From: Cyanobacteria bacterium UBA11372
GTDB lineage: Bacteria > Cyanobacteriota > Cyanobacteriia > Cyanobacteriales > Aerosakkonemataceae
Direction of reading: 5' to 3'
Assembly (NCBI GenBank): GCA_003486675.1
Contig: DNGG01000154.1
Coordinates: 95 to 64,094 of the forward strand
Length of the DNA stretch: 64,000 bases
Under the pieces are notes generated by a model. It worked only from the letters and a program-made list of their open reading frames with translations. It did not search any database and was not told the origin of the DNA. Numbering within the stretch: position 1 is the first letter of the stretch; each line of letters starts with the position of its first letter. The position numbers and the translations under genes are program-made. Below, piece after piece: positions 10,273-19,490 of this stretch.

Positions 10273-10833
10273 GTGATCCAAACTGACACCCCAATCCTAA
10301 ATAACCTGCAAACCGAAGTCTCTCACCTGCGGGAAGAGTTACAACTGCGCGACCAATTGGTACAGCAGCTGTCTCAAGAACTCTTCCGCCTGGTTAAAGG
10401 TAATACCGGATTTTTACCTTCTCCGGAAATTGCCGAACGCAATCAAGCTCAAACTCTGGCGCTGCGGGAACAACTGCAAGGCGTCGAACAGCAAGTGACG
10501 TTCTATCAAGAACAACTTGCCGAACGGGATGCGGAAATTTATCAACTGCGCCAATCAGTGCAAGAATTGAGCGATCGCACCCGCATGTTAGAACAGGTAA
10601 TCCAAGAATTACCTCAGATTTATCGCCAAAAGTTCGCCGAACGCTTAGCACCTGTCAAAGACAAAGTAGCGCAGCTGCAACGGGAAAACCGCCAACTCCG
10701 CGCCGAATTGCAAAGCGTTACCTACCGTTTGGCTGTGAAAAACCGCCGCACGGGTGGTCACCTCGATCTGCCTAGCTTCCAACGACTGGGTGGCGGAGTT
10801 CAAATTAGTCTTCCCAGTTTCGGACATGGCTGA
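10273..10833 (+). CDS. Cyanobacterial coiled-coil protein (Npun_F5560-like)
   Basis: RDQLVQQLSQELFRLVKGN and QELPQIYRQKF. Confidence 0.75.
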   Translation: MIQTDTPILNNLQTEVSHLREELQLRDQLVQQLSQELFRLVKGNTGFLPSPEIAERNQAQTLALREQLQGVEQQVTFYQEQLAERDAEIYQLRQSVQELSDRTRMLEQVIQELPQIYRQKFAERLAPVKDKVAQLQRENRQLRAELQSVTYRLAVKNRRTGGHLDLPSFQRLGGGVQISLPSFGHG

Positions 10834-11515
10834 GGTTTGGATTATAGTTGATGGGTTGGTGGATGCTCAAGTAGCGTCCACTTCCACAACTAATAAAATG
10901 GTGCAAGCTCAAGAGCAGGCGATCGCTCGCTCTGCTATCTCTGTAAATGTACAAGTTGTTGCTGCAACTAGCGATCGCTTGACAAAAACAAAATTTAATG
11001 ATAAAGAAAATATCCTGCTATGTCCTTTAACGCTAAATTTGCCAGATAATATCCAGTTTCCAGGGAGTGCGGTTTATCAAGCCTGCCGCGACGTGACAAA
11101 ATTGCGCGATCGCATCCAGGAATTGGGATACGCAACAGGTGATGGTAACTTTTGGTTGCCCATTGTACTGACGGCGAAAGGGCCTTTATACGCAGAAGTA
11201 ATAGGTTTAAAAGATAACGAATATTATCAACCGATACATGTAGGCGATGAAGTGAGGCAGGTGCTTTATCAAATGGGATGGAAAGTATTGCGATCGCTCA
11301 ATGCACCACCGGCGACATACCTAATGCAATTTGGATTTGAAGGTAAAGATATATACTTTGATCGGCTATTGCCATTTCCGGGGGAAGCAGCAACGGCAAG
11401 TATCGGCATTCAATCCCCCGATTTGTTTGCCTGTCATTGGCATTGCTTAATGGGTTTGCCGTTGTTTGAGCTTAGTATAGCTGGCGATCTCAATCAGCCT
11501 GAAATACCGCCTTGA
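10826..11515 (+). CDS. Hypothetical protein with possible ATP-grasp-like C-terminus
   Basis: WLPIVLTAKGPLYAEVI, FDRLLPFP, PDLFACHWHC. Confidence 0.65.
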   Translation: MAEVWIIVDGLVDAQVASTSTTNKMVQAQEQAIARSAISVNVQVVAATSDRLTKTKFNDKENILLCPLTLNLPDNIQFPGSAVYQACRDVTKLRDRIQELGYATGDGNFWLPIVLTAKGPLYAEVIGLKDNEYYQPIHVGDEVRQVLYQMGWKVLRSLNAPPATYLMQFGFEGKDIYFDRLLPFPGEAATASIGIQSPDLFACHWHCLMGLPLFELSIAGDLNQPEIPP

Positions 11516-11910
11516 AATAAATTTCAGGCTAAAAGCTTAAACCCGTTAAAACGGGTTGAAATTATCATAACTTACGCAAAGCCTCTATCTGTAGGGTGCG
11601 TTAGCGATCGCGTAACGCACCATCTACCAGATTGAGATTAAGGCTTTTGTTTGGGCAAAAAATGCGACGATTTCATCAATCAAATCAATCGGGAGTAGGG
11701 GCACGGCATCTGTAAATTTTGCCGCCAAATCAAGGTTTTTCGGTTGCCGTGCCCTGACCATGTTGGGTTGCACCCAGTTGAAACCTGCTGTAAATCAATT
11801 GAATCTGCAAGGGTAATTGTAGAGCCGAATTAAAATATAAATAGACTTCTCCAGAAAATAGAGTTGTAGGCAGGCAGGATGCCTACCCCACAAGAGTTAT
11901 TGGAGAGGTC
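11513..11910. repeat. Cluster of intergenic palindromic repeats
   Basis: TGAAATAAATTTCA; AACCCGTTAAAACGGGTT; GTAGGGTGCGTTA..TAACGCACC; GTAGGGGCACGGCA..TGCCGTGCCC; GTAGGGCAGGCA..TGCCTACCCCAC. Confidence 0.65.
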
Positions 11911-11939
11911 TAATATATCCAAAGGCTTTAGGAGTTTCT

Positions 11940-12485
11940 ATGTCATCCTTAACGATTAAAGACTTGGAGAAACTACAAGCAGAGTATCCCGATCGTCGCA
12001 TGGAGTTAGTTGGCGGGGACATTATCGTTATGAGTCCATCAGGTTATGAGTCAGATGAAGTAGCGACAGGGTTTGCAGCTCAGTTGTGGAACTGGGTTAG
12101 ACCCCAGAAGCTAGGACGAGTAACTGGTTCCAGTGCTGGTTTTAGCTTACCAAACTCAGATTTGAGAGCGCCCGATGTCTCGTTTGTTTTAGCAGAAAGA
12201 TTGCGTAAAAGTCCCCGATCTTTTGCTGAATTGGCTCCCGATTTAATGGTAGAAGTTAAATCTCCTAACGATAGTTTAAAATCTTTGAGGACAAAGATTG
12301 AAGAATTCCTCACGTTGGGAACTAGAGTGGGTATTTTGATTAATCCCGAAAAGCGGATTATAGAAATTTATCGTCTTGGTCGGGATGTGGAAATTTTACG
12401 CGATGGTGATATTGTGACAGTGCCAGATTTGCTTCCGGGATGGGAAGTTGCGGTTTCCGATTTGTGGTCGCCGGAGTTTGAGTAA
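11940..12485 (+). CDS. Uma2 family endonuclease
   Basis: RAPDVSFV, APDLMVEVKSPND, DLLPGW. Confidence 0.92.
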   Translation: MSSLTIKDLEKLQAEYPDRRMELVGGDIIVMSPSGYESDEVATGFAAQLWNWVRPQKLGRVTGSSAGFSLPNSDLRAPDVSFVLAERLRKSPRSFAELAPDLMVEVKSPNDSLKSLRTKIEEFLTLGTRVGILINPEKRIIEIYRLGRDVEILRDGDIVTVPDLLPGWEVAVSDLWSPEFE

Positions 12486-12612
12486 ATGCGATCGCGCTAA
12501 CCCCCAAGCTTGGCGATCGCAGATATTGCACCAGTTGCGATCGCGCGATCGCTGACATTTGTCAATAGCAGTGGATATAATAGAGCGATCGCATCTCGCA
12601 AGGAAAGCGGTC

Positions 12613-14046
12613 ATGGAATTGCTGCATCAGCCACAAGAAATCATTGCTCAACGGTATCGCATCGTAGACACTCTGGGGCAAGGCGGCAGCGGCACAACAT
12701 ACCTGGCACAAGATTTACAAACAAATCAGCGAGTCGCACTCAAAGCGCTTTCCCTGCATCGGATGAATGACTGGAAAATGATGGAGTTATTTGAACGGGA
12801 AGCCAAAGTTCTAGCTCAACTCAATCATCCTGCCATTCCGCGTTATCTAGAATATTTCCATGTAGATACGCCCTCTGACCGTTCTTTTTACATTGCTCAA
12901 CAATTGGCAGAAGGAAAATCCTTAGCCGCACTGGTACAAGAGGGATGGCACGCTACAGAAGCAGAAGTGCGACGCATCGCCGAACAAATATTAGAAATTT
13001 TGGTTTATCTGCACCAGCAAACACCACCTGTTATTCACAGAGATATCAAGCCGCAAAACATTATCCGACGAGAAGATGGGCAAGTATTTTTAGTTGATTT
13101 TGGTGCAGTGCAGGATACCTATTACAACACCTTTATGCGGGGGAGTACGGTAGTAGGAACTTTCGGTTATATGGCTCCCGAACAATTCCGAGGACAAGCA
13201 GTTACTGTCACGGATTTGTATGGTTTAGGAGCGACATTGTTATTTCTGCTGACGCATCGTTCCCCGGCAGAATTACCGACGGATGGAGTGAAGTTAAATT
13301 TCCGTTCGCGGGTGCAGATTTCTGAAGAATTTGCTGCCTGGTTAGAGAAGATATTAGAGCCAGATGTAGAAGATAGATTTGCATCGGCAAAAGCAGCGCT
13401 TTCTGTGCTGCAAGGCGAGAGAAAGATTGCTAGAGTTCTTAGTACAAGAGGGGGGTGGCGTGCGATCGCTCCATTGGGAATAGCAACAAGCGCGACAATT
13501 TTTGTGCTGAATTCTTACCAATGGGCGATCTTAAACCACTTTGGATTTGAGCCTCCTGGAACAATCTGTCGAGACGCCAATGCCATCAGGAATTATATCA
13601 ACCAAGGCGGCAATCCTAATACCTGGAAAGATTTCCCGTTGTTGTGGTGTGCGGCAGCAAGGAATAAATCAGATGTAGCCTCTCTGCTGATTGCCAAGGG
13701 TGCTGATGTCAATGCTAAGTATAAATACGACAAAACAACTCCGCTGCACTGGGCAGCAGAGAACAACTGGAAGGATGTAGCCTCTCTGCTGATTGCCAAG
13801 GGTGCTGATGTCAATGCCAAGGCTCAATGGGGCGACACTCCGCTGTACTGGGCAGCATTGAACAAATCAAAGGATGTAGCCTCTCTGTTGATTGCCAAGG
13901 GTGCTGATGTCAATGCCAAGGCTCAATGGGGCGACACTCCGCTGCAGTACCCAGAAGGGAACAACTGGAAGAATATAGCCTCTCTGCTGATTGCCAAGGG
14001 TTGTAGGTTTTCACATATACTGAAACTCACTTTTCAAATAAACTGA
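12613..14046 (+). pseudogene. Ser/Thr protein kinase with ankyrin repeats, interrupted by the prophage after 14001
   Basis: LGQGGSG, VALK, HRDIKPQN, DFG, GYMAPE; ankyrin array breaks after AKG and the last 14 codons (CRFSHILKLTFQIN) come from the phage end. Confidence 0.85.
13672..14001 (+). repeat. Near-identical ankyrin-coding tandem repeats (99-102 bp period)
   Basis: GATGTAGCCTCTCTGCTGATTGCCAAGGGTGCTGATGTCAATGC recurs at 13672, 13774, 13873 (one mismatch) and as a truncated copy at 13972. Confidence 0.9.
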
Positions 14047-14091
14047 ACCTCAGTTAAATTAAGATAAATGTCATAATTCTGTAACGCTCAG
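14002..14091 (+). promoter_or_regulatory. Prophage end with tandem candidate transposase-binding sites
   Basis: TGTAGG terminus; TTTTCACATATACTGAAACTCAC (14008-14030), TTTTCAAATAAACTGAACCTCAG (14031-14053); weaker copy 14068-14091. Confidence 0.75.
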
Positions 14092-14311
14092 CATTGACTT
14101 AACAGCTCTTGTGTGATAATGCTGGAGTTGCATTGTCGTTAGAGGACTAGGGAATCAAGCTTTTTGTTGTCATTCTCTGCGACAAGTTATGGATCAGAAA
14201 ATTTGTACGGATGACTCGCCTGCAACCTATCTTGCATTCCTCACTACCCGACTTACAGATGGTGCAACTCTTGTCGCGATCGCAAGCGTCTTCTTAGCTT
14301 TTTACAAAAAT

Positions 14312-14668
14312 TTATAACACTTCATCTGACTGCCAATCTTCCCATGCGAATTTTTTGGTTTCTGGATCTACCACGCTTTCTAAGTATAAATAAAGCTGCT
14401 TGTAGGGATCTAAGCCTTGATTTTGCGCCAAAGGTCGAGAGTACCATTTTTCAAAGTCTTCGCCTTTTAAAGTGTAGAGTCGATTTTCAATCGGGTAAAG
14501 ACTGGGGGTTTTCGCTGTTTCCTTGCTGAGGTAAATATCTACTGTAAATAGCGCTTCTAATCTGTTTTTATTTACATCAGTAATTCTGCTGATTACAGCG
14601 TAAAAGCTTGCCCCGCTGTGCCCATAGCGATCTGTATATGTTTTTCCGGGTTTTAATACAAATGCCAT
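14312..14668 (-). CDS. Phage hypothetical protein, possible fiber-associated chaperone
   Basis: Directly follows the tail fiber gene; C-terminal QLYLYL...WEDW. Confidence 0.6.
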   Translation of the reverse strand: MAFVLKPGKTYTDRYGHSGASFYAVISRITDVNKNRLEALFTVDIYLSKETAKTPSLYPIENRLYTLKGEDFEKWYSRPLAQNQGLDPYKQLYLYLESVVDPETKKFAWEDWQSDEVL

Positions 14669-14673
14669 TTGTG

Positions 14674-16833
14674 TTAGCTAAATAAAGTATGGTGGTTTTT
14701 TAAGACTTGGATTACGCTGTTTAGCGCACTGATTATATCGTTTAGTGGGGCGTTTTCAGGAAGAGTATTAATAGTTGTTGCAGATTTTTCCCTAAGCAGC
14801 CTATCGTTGTTTACCCAATAACCCTGATCTGTCCTAAACGCAAATCCATGTGCTTCTATCCTGTTATTGGAAGCGGTTATTGAGAGCCTTTTCGTACCTT
14901 CAACCGAAAAGCCAAGCACACCATTAGATTCCAAGTACATGCCGTCGTCTTCACCCCAACTCCCGTAAAAACCGTAATGTGGTCGGGATGGGGTTCCAAA
15001 ACCGTTCTGACAATTAATTTGAATCACATTTTGAGACGGAACTCTAAAAGCTTCAACATTATTTCTTTTGAAGACTAAATCTGCGTTATTGGTGGTTCCA
15101 ATAAATTCCTGACCGCTGTCTACGTTATTGTTTCCCCTGGTTAACCACCCGTTTGATTGATTGTTGCTATTGATTGCGACGAATCTGTTCCAGCTCTGCG
15201 TGGAATACCCCCCTGTTGCTCTCCACCACAAGCCACTAAAATCGCTCCAAAAGCTTGTAGCTATTTGCAGGGCGTATGAAGGGGTAGAGTTGTGCCTGCA
15301 ATCAATCAAGTGCTGCCACGAATTGGCTCCTGGATAGAAATTGGATGGATTGGCTGTGTCGAAAAATCCACTTTGCTTGGCACTTAAAGAGTTGGACGCT
15401 CCAGCGTCGTCTTTTCTTTCTGTCCGGGTGTTGTTGATTCCCCAACCAATAGATCCCTCATTTAGATCAAGGTTATACTCTGCCTCTAACTTGCCGTTCA
15501 GGCTGATTCCAATTTTGTTCCCTAAGTTTGCAGATTGTCCAGGTGCAACAATCGAAAAAATTGTTTCGCTACCTTGAATTCCCAGGTGCGGGTTAAAGTC
15601 TGCGCCTTCGACGTATCCCAACTGGAATCGTTTACCGTAGTTGGCCTGAGCAAAATTCCAGTGTCTTGCATTGCTTGAGCTTCCTTGGATTATTTCAGCA
15701 AAAGATAACCCATTTCCATGATTACCGTTACCAACTTGATTTGATATTAAATATATATGGGGATAAACACCTGCAACTACTAGATTTGTTCGGCTGTTTT
15801 CGTCTACTGGATAGTTCAAGTTATAAAAATCAAAATCAGTTTTATGGCTAACAAGTAAACTTTTATTTATGAACCTATGTTGATTGGTGACACCCCATCC
15901 CATATCGCGTCCCCATGTAACGCGATTCAGACTCCCTTGGTAATAAAAAATACTCGACAATCTTGTTCCTGAATCGTGTATGGCGGCTTCGATCTCGTCG
16001 CTGCATTCAAACAACAATCCAGCGGTGTTTGAGTTCCAAAAACGTCCTCCACCATAGTTGCGACTTGTGCTTCCAACAATCAACGATCCAGGCTGCATTT
16101 GATCGCTTGACGCATATCGATTTTGACCATCCCAAATGTTTACAGATCCATTGGGATTTATTGATATTCGCGACAAGTCGTTTGTTTTGAAGTTAACGCC
16201 AAAGCTATTGTTTGTACCTAAAGATAAGTTTGCGTTAGCGGTGTTACCCCCATTGATAAAATCACCACCACCTCCGCTGTTAGAAATGACCTGCCAAGTG
16301 CCATCCTCTCTTAGAAATCTCCCTGAACCGCTCCCCGGTGCAGGCACTAACCCTGTTTGAGTAGAGCCAAAAACAGACATTCTTGGATCGTTGCTGCCTA
16401 CGAAGCTGGAGGCACTTGCGAGTGCAGCAGAACCCAATCCTGTAATCGTCGATATAGGTTGAGTTCCCGTGTGGCTAGACCGATCGCGTAGCTGCGCTGG
16501 CGTAAATCCTTCTAACGTTGCTGCATTCCCCCCAGAGGGAAGCCCAAAGGTCAAAGCCCCTGGGACCGACAGCAACAAAGCATCTCCAGTGTTACCGTTG
16601 TTGGGTGGCAGACTTAGAGTATAGCTAACAGCCTGGTTGGTCGCTTGCTGAATGCGGACTGAGCGATCGCTTCCCACGTTGCCAGACAATTCCAGCGCCT
16701 CGCATATTAAGGCAGCATTGCCATCGTCACTGCTGTTGCGTATCGTCAACTTTCCGGCGACACTTTTAAGCCAATTCTGCCCTACCTTAAAGCTTGATTT
16801 AATGGTGCGGTCTAAGTCAGAAATGAATCCCAT
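14674..16833 (-). CDS. Tail fiber / receptor-binding protein
   Basis: Gly/Asn/Ser rich; RSSHTGTQ motif; two GTxN..F.F..N repeats; knob-like QSGFF..WQHLIDCRH..YALQIA segment. Confidence 0.75.
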   Translation of the reverse strand: MGFISDLDRTIKSSFKVGQNWLKSVAGKLTIRNSSDDGNAALICEALELSGNVGSDRSVRIQQATNQAVSYTLSLPPNNGNTGDALLLSVPGALTFGLPSGGNAATLEGFTPAQLRDRSSHTGTQPISTITGLGSAALASASSFVGSNDPRMSVFGSTQTGLVPAPGSGSGRFLREDGTWQVISNSGGGGDFINGGNTANANLSLGTNNSFGVNFKTNDLSRISINPNGSVNIWDGQNRYASSDQMQPGSLIVGSTSRNYGGGRFWNSNTAGLLFECSDEIEAAIHDSGTRLSSIFYYQGSLNRVTWGRDMGWGVTNQHRFINKSLLVSHKTDFDFYNLNYPVDENSRTNLVVAGVYPHIYLISNQVGNGNHGNGLSFAEIIQGSSSNARHWNFAQANYGKRFQLGYVEGADFNPHLGIQGSETIFSIVAPGQSANLGNKIGISLNGKLEAEYNLDLNEGSIGWGINNTRTERKDDAGASNSLSAKQSGFFDTANPSNFYPGANSWQHLIDCRHNSTPSYALQIATSFWSDFSGLWWRATGGYSTQSWNRFVAINSNNQSNGWLTRGNNNVDSGQEFIGTTNNADLVFKRNNVEAFRVPSQNVIQINCQNGFGTPSRPHYGFYGSWGEDDGMYLESNGVLGFSVEGTKRLSITASNNRIEAHGFAFRTDQGYWVNNDRLLREKSATTINTLPENAPLNDIISALNSVIQVLKNHHTLFS

Positions 16834-17123
16834 TAGTGCGGCATTCCAACTACAAAACCATACTGAGATGCTGGACTCTTTGCGATATTAACCAAGCTTC
16901 CGGGTAGCATCTGCCCGGAAACGATCAATTCGTGTCTTGCGATTCCCGCTGAAGTTTTTACGATTGCCACCGGATTACCATTGATTGATACATTGCTGTC
17001 AACCCCTAAGTAGCTACCTTGCGTGACTAAGTGGGGCTTCCGTTGTTGCTCTCGCCTATCCTTAGCAGCGGTTTTTGTAAGCAACTTTCGTTTTTGTAAT
17101 ATTTGATTAGCTTCCATTTCCAT
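16833..17123 (-). CDS. Phage hypothetical protein, paralog of N-terminus of 19491-21653
   Basis: Shared pattern K/RRxLL...LG.D...AI...(S/D)GQ.LPG...MP. Confidence 0.6.
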   Translation of the reverse strand: MEMEANQILQKRKLLTKTAAKDRREQQRKPHLVTQGSYLGVDSNVSINGNPVAIVKTSAGIARHELIVSGQMLPGSLVNIAKSPASQYGFVVGMPH

Positions 17124-17886
17124 AGGGAATCCATGAACTTATTCCTATTATACTAGCAACAGCTTTTTGCGCGTTCGTGAGTCCGGCTCCGCGGATAGGA
17201 ATTGTCACCTCAACTTCTTTGCCTAAATTGCAAGCGCTTCTGTAGCTCTCTGGGCTATCTAGACGGATTCGCGTTTTACCTTTCGCGCGTATCTTTTCTT
17301 CTTGCGGTGCCTTCATTAGAGCCGTGTCTAGCCGATCGGAACCGTTATTAGTTAGAAACACTTCTTGGTCTAGATCGACTTTGATAAACCTTGTTTTTTT
17401 GATAAAGTTTGAATTGTTTTTTTTGAAGTCGTCTGAGGACGTGTAAATCTGCAAGCAAATATCGTCTACGGGCGGACTTCGGTACGGTTCCGGAAGTACT
17501 AGCCATTCAACCGACCAACTTCTCTGCCAGTCCAGCTCTTCTTCGATGTTTGGCAATTCTTGTATAGCGGAAAAAGTTTCTGATTCGATTCGCACGGACT
17601 GATTTTCAGCGTCTTCTTTCGCTGTGGCTCGTAAAATTTTGCACCACACTTTAATTGGCTCTATTAGATTATATCTTAATATTTTGCCGCGCAGCCGCCT
17701 TCTTTCCTCTTGTTTTATCTTTCTCTGCCCAGATTTAATTGTTATTAGCGCTTCCCTGTCTTTTGTTGTAATTATTAGCGCCTGAAACTCTTCGTCCCCG
17801 TTAAGCTTGATTACTGTTCCACAACCAAACTTAAACCCACCAACTAAAATATCTCTGTGAATGATGCTATCAGGATCGCAAGGCAT
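17107..17886 (-). CDS. Phage hypothetical protein
   Basis: Long ORF overlapping both neighbours; likely start MPCDP at 17886. Confidence 0.6.
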   Translation of the reverse strand: MPCDPDSIIHRDILVGGFKFGCGTVIKLNGDEEFQALIITTKDREALITIKSGQRKIKQEERRRLRGKILRYNLIEPIKVWCKILRATAKEDAENQSVRIESETFSAIQELPNIEEELDWQRSWSVEWLVLPEPYRSPPVDDICLQIYTSSDDFKKNNSNFIKKTRFIKVDLDQEVFLTNNGSDRLDTALMKAPQEEKIRAKGKTRIRLDSPESYRSACNLGKEVEVTIPIRGAGLTNAQKAVASIIGISSWIPYGNGS

Positions 17887-18616
17887 GTGGGTAAAAAACC
17901 GATGAACTAGAGCCATCATGCGAACATTTCTCACACAATTCTAGCCCAACCCTGGATTGATTTAATTTCTTTCTGATAGATCGAAAGCGATCGCTGAACC
18001 AAATTTCTTCCAGGGAAGCTTGCTCAATATTCCCAAGTACAATATCTCCGTACATGTCAGCGCAGCAAATCACGATGTCACCGGACGCTTTAATGACTAG
18101 CATATTTGATGGTCGCTGACAGGGTGCTTCCACCGGGGAAAATCCAGGTATAGATCCAGCCCTGTTTTCTAGGTATCTAGGCACCTCCATGTCTATAAAC
18201 GCGATCGCGCCTAACAATTCTGGAGCGATCGCATCCCTCAGTCTGTCGCGAGCTTTTGGATCGTAAATGCTGATCGCGATCGCGTCCATCCCCGCATCGA
18301 GCAATGCCCACAGCAAATCCTGATTGAGCGCGTCGCCATTGCTGATTAGCGAGATATAAGCTCGCGGACAGGCTTGTCTAAATTTGCGAACGATTGACAC
18401 AATTCGGGAATCCAGTAGTGGCTCGTTGATACCAAACGGTGAAATCCTGCCTGCGAAGTTAAGGTAAGCCAGATTGTCAGCGATCTTGGCTATTAGCGCA
18501 TCCGATAGTCTTTTCGTCTCTGCTCTAGATTGGGGTTGACCAAACTTGCAGAACCAGCACCTGCGGTTGCAAGTGCTTTGGGTTTCAATGAGGACAACTT
18601 CAAATAAATTGCTCAT
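17870..18616 (-). CDS. Radical SAM protein with SPASM/twitch domain
   Basis: CNRRCWFC motif, GINEPLL, C-terminal CQRP...GDIVICC...LGNI...CEKC. Confidence 0.9.
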   Translation of the reverse strand: MSNLFEVVLIETQSTCNRRCWFCKFGQPQSRAETKRLSDALIAKIADNLAYLNFAGRISPFGINEPLLDSRIVSIVRKFRQACPRAYISLISNGDALNQDLLWALLDAGMDAIAISIYDPKARDRLRDAIAPELLGAIAFIDMEVPRYLENRAGSIPGFSPVEAPCQRPSNMLVIKASGDIVICCADMYGDIVLGNIEQASLEEIWFSDRFRSIRKKLNQSRVGLELCEKCSHDGSSSSVFYPHALRS

Positions 18617-19472
18617 TTAACAACGAGGCTCTATCTATCATTGGTAATTCTGCGACACCTGAATTGGCAGCTTTGGAAATCTCCGTTTGCCATTCTTGAT
18701 TGAATTTAGCGTGGCCTAAATTTAAGTCATCTATGTAGTATTTGCCTCCATTTTCTCGAGTCAACCATTGACTAAAACTTTTAGCCCATGTATAACGAGC
18801 GATCAACCTGTTTAGCCTGTTTTTTGTTCCAGATATTTGGTCCGGGGACCATCCATCTCGGTAAAGAATGCCCATCACTGGCACGTGTTGGACGTTTATC
18901 CCCAGCATTAAGCAATCTAGCAAAAACTTAAAGCAGTGCATACCCTTAAAATACGCATCACTCGTGTCCCAACTGATCTGTTCAAACACACTTCTTTTGA
19001 TTAGCAATGCGCTCGTAGATGGCACGTGTTCAAATCTTGCCAGTGCGCGAAGTAAAGGCAGTCGATTAGTGGGCCAAGGCTCAACATATTGTTGGTTGTT
19101 TTCGTACCTCTCTATCTCCATGTCGCAATAGGTTACTAAAGCTGATTCGTGTTTTCTCCTACTTAACGAGTTTTCCCCTATTAGCTCGTCGTCTGCGTCT
19201 AAAAAGCACAGCCACCTATCATCACCACGCGCTGACTGGCTAACCAACTCATTCCTAACAACCTGCGCTCCTTTGTTGTTGATGAAACCAAGAACTTTAA
19301 CTTTTGGCATATTTTTGGCGGCGGAATTCAACAGAGGTACCGTGATTCCGTCGTCGCTGGCATCGTCTAAGACTACGATCTCATCTACAGATGGTTGTGC
19401 GATCGCCGATCCGATCGCCTTTAGTACTTTGTCTCCCGCGTTGTAGCAAGGAATGAGAATGCTGACAGACAT
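18600..19472 (-). CDS. Glycosyltransferase family 2
   Basis: VSILIPCYN, VVLDDASDDG, RN, CFLDADD. Confidence 0.9.
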   Translation of the reverse strand: MSVSILIPCYNAGDKVLKAIGSAIAQPSVDEIVVLDDASDDGITVPLLNSAAKNMPKVKVLGFINNKGAQVVRNELVSQSARGDDRWLCFLDADDELIGENSLSRRKHESALVTYCDMEIERYENNQQYVEPWPTNRLPLLRALARFEHVPSTSALLIKRSVFEQISWDTSDAYFKGMHCFKFLLDCLMLGINVQHVPVMGILYRDGWSPDQISGTKNRLNRLIARYTWAKSFSQWLTRENGGKYYIDDLNLGHAKFNQEWQTEISKAANSGVAELPMIDRASLLNEQFI

Positions 19473-19490
19473 ATTTACCTCATGTCTAAA

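Noticed and set aside
13672-14001. Regularly spaced repeats as a CRISPR array
   Set aside because: They are in-frame ankyrin units with related intervening sequence; no cas genes present
14100-16833. Mu-type invertible G segment, gin and mom at the prophage end
   Set aside because: No invertase, no inverted gix-like sites, no alternative fiber on the plus strand and no mom-like ORF
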